Assembly (NCBI GenBank): GCA_035193785.1
Contig: CP136572.1
Location: 2,164,578-2,228,577, forward strand
DNA: 64,000 bases
Direction: 5' to 3'
DNA from: Planktothrix sp. GU0601_MAG3
GTDB lineage: Bacteria; Cyanobacteriota; Cyanobacteriia; Cyanobacteriales; Microcoleaceae
The translations under genes and the position numbers were made by a program. Positions 11,459-23,045 of the stretch are shown in pieces. Below the pieces are notes generated by a model. It saw only the letters and a list, made by a program, of their open reading frames with translations, was not told the DNA's origin and did not search any database. Every line of letters begins with the position of its first letter. The stretch's first letter is position 1.

Positions 11459-11753
11459 GTCAGGAAAATCCCCGCGCCATCGTGAAGGATCACTGGAGGT
11501 TCTTTTTTGGCGACGGTTTCTGCACCCTCTATATTTAGCAATCGAGTTAGGTTGAGGTAGGGCATAACTTGTTTTTGTCCATCCCCCTCAAATCAGGAAA
11601 AATGGCACGGGAAAATAGTAAAGATCGCTGATCTGAACCCGTTTTTTCCTTTTCCCAGTCGATTCAAAACCGGATCACTTTAAAATTAAATCTAGGCTTT
11701 CCATCCTGACTCTAACGAGGAGTTAAGGATATCAAGCGATATAGGGAGACTCA

Positions 11754-13053
11754 ATGAATCAAAACGTTAAACGCTTTTCTGTGCTCCGTCAGGCTTTATT
11801 TACGGGGGCGATCGCAGCCGTTACCGCTTTCGTCATGCCCGCTTGGAGTAGTGGCATCAGTACCCCCCTCAAAGATAGTCCTAAAGCCGTATTGGATGAG
11901 GCTTGGCAGATTGTTTTTCGGGAATTTGTTGATGGCAAGTTTAACCAAGTCAACTGGCAAGCCCAAAGGGAAGAACTCCTGAGCAAGAACTATACTTCCC
12001 GGGAGGAAGCCTATACAGCCCTGCGAAAAGCCCTAGAAAAACTCCAAGATCCCTATACTCGCTTCATGGATCCCAAACAGTATGAGGCGTTGACGAATCA
12101 AACGGCGGGGGAACTCTCCGGGGTGGGAATGCAGTTGACCCTGGATGAAAAAACTAAGGCCATTACCGTTGTCGAACCGATTAAAAATTCTCCCGCCATC
12201 AAAGCTGGAATTTTAGCTGGGGATCAGGTACTTTCTATTGATGGAGTCTCCACCACTGGTATGACCGTGGAACAAGCGGCCAATAAAATTCGGGGGGCCG
12301 TGGGCACCGATGTCAATTTGCGGATTGGACGGGAAGGAGAAAAAGAATTCGATTTGACCCTGACCCGCGCCCGAATTGAGTTAGAAACCGTTACCTATCG
12401 TGTTAATAACGAAGGAAATCGCAAAATTGGTTATATTCAACTGCAGGAATTTAATTCCCATGCGGCTGAACAAATGCAAGCCGCAATTCAAGCCCTAACC
12501 AAAGAAAATGTTCAGGCTTTTGTTCTGGATTTACGGGGAAATCCCGGGGGATTATTGCGTACCAGTATTGATATTGCTAGGATGTGGATGGATACGGGGG
12601 CAATTGTCAGTACCGTTGATCGTGATGGCAAAACCCAGGAAATTCGCAACAACCGCACGGCGATTACCAAATTACCGGTTGTGGTTTTAGTCGATGGTAA
12701 TTCCGCCAGTGCTAGTGAAATTTTGGCCGGAGCATTGAAAGATAATCAACGGGGTGTGGTGACGGGAACTCAAACCTTTGGTAAGGCGCTAGTCCAGTCG
12801 GTGTTTGCTCTCTCCGATGGTTTCCGGGTTGGCAGTAACGATCGCCCATTATTACACGCCCAGTGGAACTGACATTAGCCATAAGGGAGTGACTCCCGAT
12901 GTTAAGGTCGATATCTCTGATGAGCAGAAAAAACAATTGGCTACTGATCCTAAGTTAGTGGGAACATCCCAAGATCCTTTCTATGTCAGAGCTATTTCCA
13001 TTCTCGCCGGGGTGGGTGGAAATCGACCCTTAGCCATTAACGAGTCTAAGTAA
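11754..13053 (+). CDS. ctpB: Carboxyl-terminal processing protease (S41, PDZ), CtpB-like; apparent frameshift at 12820
   Basis: DPYTRF, DLRGNPGG, SASASEI and TFGKALVQ; DGSGLAVTIAHYYTP restored. Confidence 0.85.
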
Positions 13054-13159
13054 TCGGTTTTCGGGTATTTAACTCTATCTTCAGGTCGTGAGAGGACTCC
13101 CGCCGAGCGCGTTAGACTGCGGCGTGGGCTTAGTAGGATGCTGATACCGAACCAGGATG

Positions 13160-13190
13160 ATCCCCCCTAACCCATAAAAAACGGGGGGAT
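13160..13190. repeat. Cyanobacterial CCCCCCTAACCC...GGGGGG palindrome (possible terminator)
   Basis: ATCCCCCC...GGGGGGAT inverted repeat. Confidence 0.5.
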
Positions 13191-13270
13191 TTGTAGCAGA
13201 CCTTTACTAATTTCATATAAAAATTGTTGAAACTTTCTATTCCCATTTTTCCATCCGAGCGCAAAAAACT

Positions 13271-16082
13271 GTGAATCAAAGCCTTGAAGACTTAATGCAA
13301 TCGGCGATCGCTAATTTAGATGTGGGAAATCTGCGAGAAGCTCATCAGACAATCTCGCAAATTTTAGCACTAGATCCCGATCATGCTCAAACTTATAAAA
13401 TTTTAGGGGATTGGTATGAAGTACAAGGATTATTTCCAGAAGCCATTTCCGCCTATAAAAAGGCAATTAAATTACAACCGGATTTTGTAGAAGCCTATGG
13501 CTATTTAGCTCAAGTTTTACGCAATACTGGCGAGTTTGATCAAGCTTTTTTCTGTTATAAAAAAGCCCTAAATCTGCGTCCTGGTTGGACAGAATTATAT
13601 TTTCAATGGGGTCAGGCTTATTTGTGGAGTGGAGATGTTCCAAGAGCGATTAGATGCTATCAAAAAACCTTACAACAAAATCCTAATCATGTTCATTCCT
13701 ATTTTGCCTTAGCCATAGTTTATGGGCAATTGGGAGATACAAAACGAGCCATTTCCCTCTATCAACGAGTGATTCATCTGCAACCAGATTTTGCTAATGC
13801 CTATAATAATTTAGGGTGTTTATTATTTGAAAATAATGATTATATCGGAGCATTAGAAGTCTGGGAAAAATCATTAATTTATAATGATAATGAAATAGAA
13901 AAATCATTAATATATAATAATATTGGTCAAGTATTTGCAGCCCAAGGAAAAATAAAAGAAGCCATTCAATCATATTTTCAAGCCCTAGAAAGAAAAAAAG
14001 ATTTTCCTCTGGTTTATACTAATTTAGGAAAAATTCTTCAGCAACAAAATCAACACGCTACCGCAGTCTTTTGCTTTGAAAAAGTTATTGATTTAGAGCC
14101 TAATAATATATTTGCCTATACCGACTGTGGAGCTTCTTTAATCAAGTTAGGAAAACTGGATACTGCGTTAAGTTGTTTTAAAAAAATTATTGAGCTAGAA
14201 CCTAAATTTGTGGAGGGTTACTGTCAGGGAGTGAAGCAACTTTCTGGATCGGATGAATTATCTTTAGCTAGAAAGTCCTGTGCTGATTTCCTCACAGCAT
14301 TACAACAGGATGATACCCCCCTAACCCCCTTTCCCCAAGGAGATACAGATATTTCCACTGTCCCCATCCCAGAGCCAGGGGGAGCTAGGAAGGATAAAAC
14401 TGTCCATAAACATCTCTATCAAACCTATCTCCACCTGGGAAATACTTTAGATATTTATGGCAGGCTTGATCAGGCTATATTTTACTACCAAAAAGCCGCA
14501 GAAATTCAACCTTATTTAGTAGAAATTTATCTAAAATTAGGCAATTGTTTATTTAAAAATCAACAACTCAATACAGCTTTAACAGTTTATCAAACGGCTC
14601 GTGTTTTACTCAAACGGTCGTCTAATTTTTCCCCTGCTCAGTTCCTGGAAATAAATTTACAATTGGGTAGAATTCTGGAAAAACAAGGATATTGGGAATC
14701 TGCAACCGATTACTATAGTAAAGTTTTACAAATGCAGCAGGAAAAGGGGTTTGATTCTTGGGTGAATCAGTCTCCCTCCACCTTAAATCTACTGCAAGAA
14801 TGGGCTAATGAACCCTATATTCAACGGACGGATATTCCCCAAGGAGTTTGTGATTCAACCCTAACATGGCTGACAAATAATAATTTACAGGATAGCCATT
14901 ATTGTAATCTATCGGGATTATTGGGTTCGGGATATCAAAACTTGGAGAAATGGTCACAGACCACATCTAAACCGGATAAATGTGGGGGTTTAGATTGTGA
15001 AATCTGTCTCAAGAATGTGTTCAAATCTTTTCAGTGGCAAAATTTGGGATATGGGATTCAAAAATGTGCAAATTCAAAAAATCACCCCAGTTTCAACTCC
15101 TTTATTTGTAGCCGTAATTCCTAATGGACGAGCCTGGATTGTTCCGAAACGGAATTATTGGATGGTTTGCAATGCGATCGCCATTATCACACCCGATCAC
15201 CAAATGTTAGCAGATGTCTCCCGGGAATATCCCGCCCCCCTGCCCGGTTGTCCCAGTTATGACCCCCAAAAGCATCAAGTTTTTCAACGGTCACAATTGC
15301 CTCCCATCGAGATCATTGAAGGTTGGGTTGCGGTATTATCGGGGTTGTCGGGAAATGTCTATTTCCATTGGATGGTGGATGTTTTACCAAGACTGGAGCT
15401 ATTGCGCCAAAGTGGGATCAATTTCGATCAAATTGATTGGTTTTTGGTGAATAGTTACCAAGCACCATTTCAACGGGAAACCTTAACACACTTAGGAATT
15501 CCAGAGTTTAAAATTTTAGAAAGTGATCAATTTCCCCATATCCAGGCACAACAGCTAATTGTTCCCTCCTTTGCCGGATATACGGGATGGTTGCAACCCT
15601 GGGCAATTGATACTTTGCGCCGTTGGTTTCTTCCTGGGGGTCAAACTCCGGGGAGGAATTATCCCGAACGGATTTATATTAGTCGGGGAGATGCCAGCTA
15701 TCGTCGGGTTTTAAATGAAGACGAGGTGATGGAAACCCTACGTCCCTGGGGGTTTGTTCCGGTAAAACTTGAAACCCTATCCTTTGCCGAACAGGTGGCT
15801 CTGTTTGCTCAGGCTAAGGTAATTATGGGTGCCCATGGAAGTGGTTTAACTAATATTCTGTTTTGTCAACCCGGAACCCAAGTAATTGAGTTCATGTCTG
15901 CTCACTATAATCGTCATTATTATTGGGTGATTAGTCAATATCTGGGATTAGAACATTATTGCTTGACGGGGGAGGGATTTTCCTGCTATTCCCTGCGGGC
16001 GTTAATGTATCAAAATTCCTTGACGGAAGATATTTGGGTGAATCTTGTTTCCTTGAAACGGTTATTAAAAATGTTGAAATAA
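13271..16082 (+). CDS. TPR-repeat protein fused to a glycosyltransferase 61 (DUF563) domain; apparent frameshift at 15090
   Basis: Many TPRs; NVYFHWMVDVLPRL, RIYISR..A..RRVLNE and GAHGSGLTN GT61 motifs. Confidence 0.82.
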
Positions 16083-16113
16083 CTATTAATATTAAGTTGG
16101 ATGGAAGATTTTG

Positions 16114-16198
16114 AAACACAAAGACACAGAGACACTGAGAAGTGAGGATGGGAACAGACCGGATGTAAATCTTCGTGCCTTTGTGCCTTCGTGGTTCA
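16114..16198. repeat. Imperfect inverted 9-mer REP-like element
   Basis: cacaaagacacagagacac... facing ...gtgcctttgtgccttcgtg. Confidence 0.45.
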
Positions 16199-16238
16199 CT
16201 TGGTGATAAAATATCAATTGTCTGAACTGAAACTAACT

Positions 16239-19200
16239 ATGTTACCTAACGAAATTCGCGCCCGCAGTGTACAGTTTCTCCATCAACAAACAGAAATCTA
16301 TATTAATCAAGGGCAGTTTGAGGATGGGATCAAGGCTTGCAACCAGTTATTGCAAATTCAGTCTGATTATGCCCCCGGTTATAAACTGATGGCGGATATA
16401 TTCCAAAGACAGGGGAAATTGCAGGACGCGCAAGACTGGTATCACCGCACATTGCAACTTCAACCTAATTTGCCAGAAGTTCATGCTAACTTGGGAAGTC
16501 TGTATGCTAAATCACAACAATGGCAACAGGCGATCGCTTGTTATCAAAAAGCTGTCGCCCTGAAACCGGATTTCGCCGGGGCTTATCGGAATTTAGCGAA
16601 AGTTTGGACACAACTGGGCGACCCCCAAAAATCGGCACAGGCCCTCTATCAAGCCTTGAGATTAGAAACCGAATCAAGCCACCGCAGAAGAGCATTTTAA
16701 CCTTGGTGATCAGTTAGCACAACAGGGACAAGTCAAGGAAGCCCAGATCTGCTATCGGAATGCAATTCAACTTGATCCCAATTTAACAACGGCCCATCAA
16801 GCTTTAGCCATGCTGCTCAAAGACCAAGGAAAAGCCCAGGAAGCAACCCAGGTCTACCGTCAAGCGATCGCATTGAATACCCCCCCGACCATTGGGTCAG
16901 CCACCTCGGATACCTTGGCCGCCGCTACAGCCAGAGGTGGGACTGTAACCGCCGAATTATCACCCCAAGAAACTTTAGCGGGGGCAACTCGTCAGCCAAC
17001 GGTGAGTTATAATACGAAACCTCCAATGAATCATCCCGCTAACCCCCAAACCTATTTAAAACAGGCCCAAGCCTATTGTGCCTTGAAAGAATGGGATCAA
17101 GCGATCGCCACCTGTCAAAAAGCCTTAAAATTGCAACCAGATTTAGCAGAAGCCTATAAAATTCAAGGGAATGCTTTACAAATTTTAGGGGAAATGTCGG
17201 CGGCGATTCGTTGTTATTCAAAAGCCTTAGAAATTCAACCCCAATATCCAGAAGTTTATGCGAATTTGGGCAGTTTATATGCTCAGGAAGAACGCTTAGA
17301 AAAAGCTGCCTCCTATTATCAACAAGCGGTTAGTTTAAAACCGGATTTTGCCGGATTTTACCGCAATTATGCTAAGGTTTTAACCAAAATGGGGCAGTTA
17401 GAACCAGCTTCCCAATGTTTGGAAAAAGCCTATAGTTTGGAACCAGAAAAAGCCACAGCAGAGGAACATTTTAATTTAGGAAATACTCGCTTTAAACAGG
17501 GTCGATTTGATGAGGCTCTAGCTGCTTATCAAAAAGCTTTACAACTCAATCCTCAGTGGGCAGTAATCTATTATCAATTAGGGCAATTACATCAAGCGAA
17601 AGGGGAAATCGAGGCTGCAATTTCTTCCTATCAAAAAGCCCTGGAATTAGAACCCTCTCAGTTAGAATTTTATTATGGCTTTGCCGATTTATTCAGTGGT
17701 CAAGAACGGTGGGATGATACCATCCGAGTTTATCACAAAATTTTGGCATTAGACCCAAATCAAGCCGTTGCTTATTATAAAATCGGAGAAATTTTCAACC
17801 GTCAGTGGCGCTTAGAAGAAGCGGTTAACGTTTACAAAAAATCTATTTCCTTGAATCCTAAATTGGTGTCTTCCTATTATGGGTTAGGGAAAGTTTTAGT
17901 TAAACAGGAAAATTGGCCAGAAGCGTTACAGGTCTTCCGTCAAGCGGTACAAATGAACCCCGGTGGAGATGCAGAATCTTATAAAGGTTTTGGGGATGCA
18001 CTGGCGAAAGTTGGGGAAACGGAATCGGCAATTAAAGCCTATCAAAAATCAACCGAACTTGATAATAGTCAAGCCGAAGTCTATCAAAAATTAGGGGATT
18101 TACTCCGAGATCAAGAACAGTTTGAAGCAGCAATTTCTGCTTATCAACGTTCAATTGAACTGAATCCGAGTGTGTTCTGGACACAGAATAATTTGGCGGA
18201 TATTTTCTTTAAACAAGAACGTTGGGAAGCGGCAATTTCTGCCTATCAAAATGCGATCAAATTAGATTCTAGCTACTCTTGGTCGTATAATAGTTTAGCC
18301 GATGCCTTAGTTAATTTAGAACGGTTAGAAGAAGCAATTCCTGCTTATCAAAATGCCATTAAACTTAATCCTGAATTCCCTTGGTCTTACTATAATTTAG
18401 GGAAAGTTTTAACGGAATTAGAGAATTGGGAAGAAGCGGTGGTTGCCTATCGCAGTGCAATTAAAGTTCAATCTGATTTACCCAATATTCAAGAAAAACT
18501 CGCCGATGCCTTGAGAAATCGAGCTAAATTAGATTTACAGGAATGCTTGAATTATTATTATCAAGTAATTCAGGAAAACCCCGATCATGTGGCGGCTTAT
18601 CATAAAGCTATTGAGATTAAACCCGATGATCCCCAATTGTATATTCAGTTAGCGAATACATTGGTCAATCATAATCATTTGGATGGGGCGATCGTATTCT
18701 ATCAAATGGCATTGCAGTTAGAACCGGAGAATTTAGAAGCGAGTGGCAAGTTACAACAAATTATAGAAAAAAAAAATCCTCTAAGCCAACCTGAAACCAA
18801 CTCCATCAGTAATTGCTGCCACAAAAAAGCAGTATCGTGAGGTTGAAGGATATGAAGAATGGTTAAGCAAAAATACCCTTCAACCCCATGATTTAAACGG
18901 AAGGATTACCCATTTAAAAACGCTGCGCTATCAGCCCAAAATTAGCGTCCTTTTTTCTTTAAAAGGTACACCCGAATTGTTTGTTCGTGAAGCCATCAAA
19001 TCTGTTATTGATCAAATTTATCCCCATTGGGAATTGTGTATTATAGGTGAGGTTGGGGATGAACGTAATGTCAACTCATTGCTTGAGGAATATAACATCC
19101 CAGAACACAAAATCAAAAAAGATTATCGTCCAGAAAATCAATCAATTTGTACGAATTTAAACTCTGGTCTGGAACTGGCAACGGGAGACTTTATCGCTTT

Positions 19201-20921
19201 ATTGAAAGCAGAAGATGTATTAACAGTAGAAGCGTTCTATGAAGTTATCGTGCTCTTAAATCAATATCCAGAAGCGGATATGATTTATTCCGATGAAGAT
19301 CGATTAAATGCCGTCGGAAAACGCACTCAACCTTTCTTTAAACCCGATTGGTGTCCAGATACATTCCTATCTCGAATGTATACAGGTCATTTGGGAGTGT
19401 ATCGACGTCAGTTAGTCAATAAAATCGGAGGATTTCGAGATGGGTATGAAGGAAGCTACGACTATGATTTAGTCTTGAGATTGACGGAAAAAACCAAGGC
19501 AATTTTTCATATTTCCAAAGTTATCTATAGTAGCCGAACGGCCTTACCCTTCGCTCATGATGGCGTTGGCAAAAGGCAAGCAGAATTAGAGAAAGCGAAT
19601 ACAAAAGCCTTAGAAGATGCTTTAAAACGTCGTGGAGAGCAGGGAAAAGTTGAATGTGCTGAACATCCTGGAATCTATCGAATTCGCTATCAAATTCAAG
19701 AGTACAAGCCCGTCAGTATTATTATTCCTACTCGAAATTTAGGAACAATTCTCAATCGCTGTCTTGAGTCTATTTTTCAGAAAAGTACCTATCCTAACTA
19801 TGAAGTGATTGTCATTGATAATGGTAGCAATGAGTTAGAAACCCTATCTTTACTGAAATCTTGGCAACAAAAAGAACCGGAGCGGTTTAAGTGTTATCCC
19901 TTAGATATTCCCTTTAATTTTTCTAAACTGAATAATCATGCCGTAGCCCAAGCCAAAGGAGATTATTTACTCTTTTTAAATAACGATACGGAGGTGATCA
20001 ATTCCGACTGGATGGAGGCTATGGTAGAGCAAGCACAACGTCCGAGTATTGGGGGAGTAGGAGCTTTACTGCTTTATCCAGATCAAACCATTCAACATTC
20101 GGGGGTGATTATGGGACTGCGGAGTGTGGCAGATCACGCTCATCGCCATTTTGCACCGAATGATCCGGGCTATTATGGTCAAATTCAGTCTATTAATAAT
20201 TATTCATCGGTGACGGCGGCTTGTTTGATGTGTCGGCGAGAGGTTTTTGAAAAAATTGGGGGCTTTGATGAACAATTAGCCGTTGCATTTAATGACGTGG
20301 ATTTGTGTCTGGAAATGCAACGACGAGGCTATCACAATATTTATCTTCCCCATGTCATGTTATATCACCATGAATCAAAAAGTCGGGGGGTAGAAGATAC
20401 AGCCGAAAAACAAGGTCGTTTCATGCAGGAATTAACAACCATGCGACAACGATGGATTAAAGTTATTGAGCACGATCCTTGTTATAATCCCAACTTAAAT
20501 CGAGAACTAGATGATTATAGTTTGCGGATATTGACTGATATAGAAATTATATCTGTTAACCGTATTCAGGAAGATGCTGAGGCATTTTGGGGTGTAGCTA
20601 TTGATGCACCTGTACCTGGAATTCACAAAGGGATTAATACAGTTTCGGTTTGCAGGTTGGATCATTGGTCAGCCAATCCCGATGATGGGGGTACAAATTT
20701 TGGGGTATGAGGGACAGGTGATTGAAAATATTCCTGCCCGTTTACCTCGTCCTGATGTGGCTGAAATTTACCCTGATATTCCCAATGCGGATAGTAGTGG
20801 TTTTTGGGCGGAAATTGAAGTTACTCGCATCATCAATGAACCAGAATTGTTATTGAGAGGAGTTTTTGAGGATGGCAGTTATGCGGGAATTGCCAAGGTT
20901 CAACTTCGCCGTCCCTCCTAA
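16239..20921 (+). CDS. Very large TPR-repeat / tandem GT2 glycosyltransferase fusion (~1560 aa; three apparent frameshifts)
   Basis: About 20 TPR-like repeats. The GT2 frame opens at 18785 with no ATG and joins via GAAAC at 18793. Motifs YSDED..FKPDW, VSIIIPTRN, LLFLNNDT and HHESKSRG. Other joins at 16665 and 20642. Confidence 0.78.
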
Positions 20922-20935
20922 ACCATAAACCGTTA

Positions 20936-20963
20936 GTAGAGATGCTGTATGCAGCGTCTCTAC
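20936..20963. repeat. GTAGAGA...TCTCTAC REP palindrome
   Basis: GTAGAGATGCTG-tatg-CAGCGTCTCTAC between convergent genes; overlaps the stop codon at 20960. Confidence 0.7.
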
Positions 20964-21776
20964 ATCGCTATACAAGATTGAATTGAAACCACTTTTCTGA
21001 AAGGAAATTGATCATAAGGCACATTGCCACGCCACAAGTAATGACCTGTTGGGGATAGATAATAGGTTTCTACATCTTCTTTCAATTGATTGCTCAAAAC
21101 CGCATAATCGCTATCAATTTTTTCCAGAGGATAGTCAGGATTTTGTAGTTTTAATTGACACAAAAGAATTCTTTTTAAATTTTCTTCATGAGCTTCAGTC
21201 CCCCAACCTTGAGCAACATGATCAATACAATGAATTGACTTACCTCCTTGACGGAGAAACTTACTAATTCCCTCATAAATAAAGCGATGGGCATCTCCAT
21301 GAATATGTTCTAAAACGGAAATGGAGAAAATACAATCAACAGAAGCCGGGCTAATTTGTGATAAATTGGGGCTGAATAAATCTTTAATAATTTTGACGTG
21401 GGGATATTGTTGGGAATATTGGGCGTATTCTGTTGGGCCGTTTCCCGCCCCTTCATAGGGATCAACGAGGGTAACTTGATAACCTAATTCTGCTAAAATT
21501 CCACAGACAATCGGTTTCTCCGCCACCAATTTCTAGTAATTTTCCTCCTAAGGGAACTTGACTAAGAATGGTTTTAATTAACCAGGGTCTTTGCACATTT
21601 TTAATATCATCATGGAGTTTACAAACTTGAGGAAGATAATCCGCACTATCACAAAAATCTCTAACCGTTGCATAACTCAAGGTTTCTAATTGTTTCGGTT
21701 GAGCATAACGGGCAATTAACGATTGTTTAGAGGCTTCATCAAGATGATAGATAGGTTGTAACGATGATTGATTCAT
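20960..21776 (-). CDS. Class I SAM-dependent methyltransferase; apparent frameshift at 21514
   Basis: LLEIGGGEP motif I (restored) and DCIFSISVLEH. Confidence 0.8.
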
Positions 21777-21842
21777 GGGTGATTTTTTCAATATTCCTAA
21801 AATTTAGAATAACCTGGAAGTTGGTCTAATAACCAGAAAATT

Positions 21843-23042
21843 TTAATTCTTGGTTACTAGGGTTTGTAAAATGTTTGCTTCACCTTCAGTAATCTCTTGA
21901 TAAAATGATTTTAAAAGTTCACTATTTTTTCTCCAGTTGAGTCGAGTTTTAGCAAAGTGAACAGCACCTTGACTTAATTGATGATCAAGTTCTGGGTCTT
22001 GAGTAATTAATTTTACAGCCTGAATGATATTCAAAGCATTGACAAGAGGTAAAATCCAGGCGTGTTTTTGATGTTCCATTTCTAGGGCAATATTGGTATT
22101 TGGTAAAATCACAGGTTTCCCCATAGCCAAGAATTCAGGTAATTTTGAAGGAAAGCGATAGTTATTAAATTTGTCCACTCTTCCCGGTTGAATTAACGCA
22201 TCCGCCAGGGCTAAGATATCGGGTAATAAACTACGATCTACATATCCTAATTCTCGACAATATTGTCTTGCCCAATGATCATCTTCTCCTAAAAATTGAC
22301 AAAAATCTCGACCTGTTCTAATTAAAATTGCTGGTTTTCCTTCTCGATTTAATAATGCGATCGCCAGATATAAACTCCGCACTTCAGCAATATTAACAGC
22401 ATGAACATTTCCGGTGTAACAAAACACTAAACTGTCAGGTGGAATATCAAACTTTTGGAATAATTCTGGATTCTTTTCTCGGGGATAAAATTCTTCAGAA
22501 TTTACTCCTGGCCATAGAGTTAAACTGGGTGTATTGGTAGGAACAAATTGCTTTAAAGGTTCCATAATTACCGTTACCCCATCAGCAGTCCCCATAAATT
22601 GTCGATATTTTAAGGGATGGGATAAATTGTTAGGCAATTCAAGAGTATGAGCTAAGGCTAATAATTCTTGAAAGGACTTATTTAAAGAACGTTCTAAAAT
22701 ATATTCTTCATTATCTTCTAGGTGAATAACTAATTTAAAATCGTAATTTTGACGCAGTTCTTCACAATATTGTCGAATCACTTCCCGGGGAGTCCAGACG
22801 TGAACAATATCCGGTGGTTTTCGATTATCAAAAAAGTAGTTTAATCGGCTAATTTCACTATATTCAGTGACTTTATACAAGGGTTCAAAGTTTTTTCCAA
22901 CCGCCGATACTGTTTGCTTGTTATAGGGAACAGAAACAACACAATCTAATCCCAGTTCAATTAAATTATTGGCAAAATGATGAACGTGAACAGCACTATT
23001 AGAGTGAAAGTCCTCATAGAGAACAAATAACACATTTTTCAT
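21843..23042 (-). CDS. Glycosyltransferase family 4
   Basis: GT-B C-terminal FPSKLPEFLAMGKPVI. Confidence 0.85.
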   Translation of the reverse strand: MKNVLFVLYEDFHSNSAVHVHHFANNLIELGLDCVVSVPYNKQTVSAVGKNFEPLYKVTEYSEISRLNYFFDNRKPPDIVHVWTPREVIRQYCEELRQNYDFKLVIHLEDNEEYILERSLNKSFQELLALAHTLELPNNLSHPLKYRQFMGTADGVTVIMEPLKQFVPTNTPSLTLWPGVNSEEFYPREKNPELFQKFDIPPDSLVFCYTGNVHAVNIAEVRSLYLAIALLNREGKPAILIRTGRDFCQFLGEDDHWARQYCRELGYVDRSLLPDILALADALIQPGRVDKFNNYRFPSKLPEFLAMGKPVILPNTNIALEMEHQKHAWILPLVNALNIIQAVKLITQDPELDHQLSQGAVHFAKTRLNWRKNSELLKSFYQEITEGEANILQTLVTKN

Positions 23043-23045
23043 AAT

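Noticed and set aside
13081..13135. ncRNA or the missing intron domain V in the GC-rich stretch after ctpB
   Set aside because: It can form an imperfect hairpin (cccgccg...cggcgtggg) but lacks the DV AGC-triad/GNRA layout and matches no RNA family I recognise.
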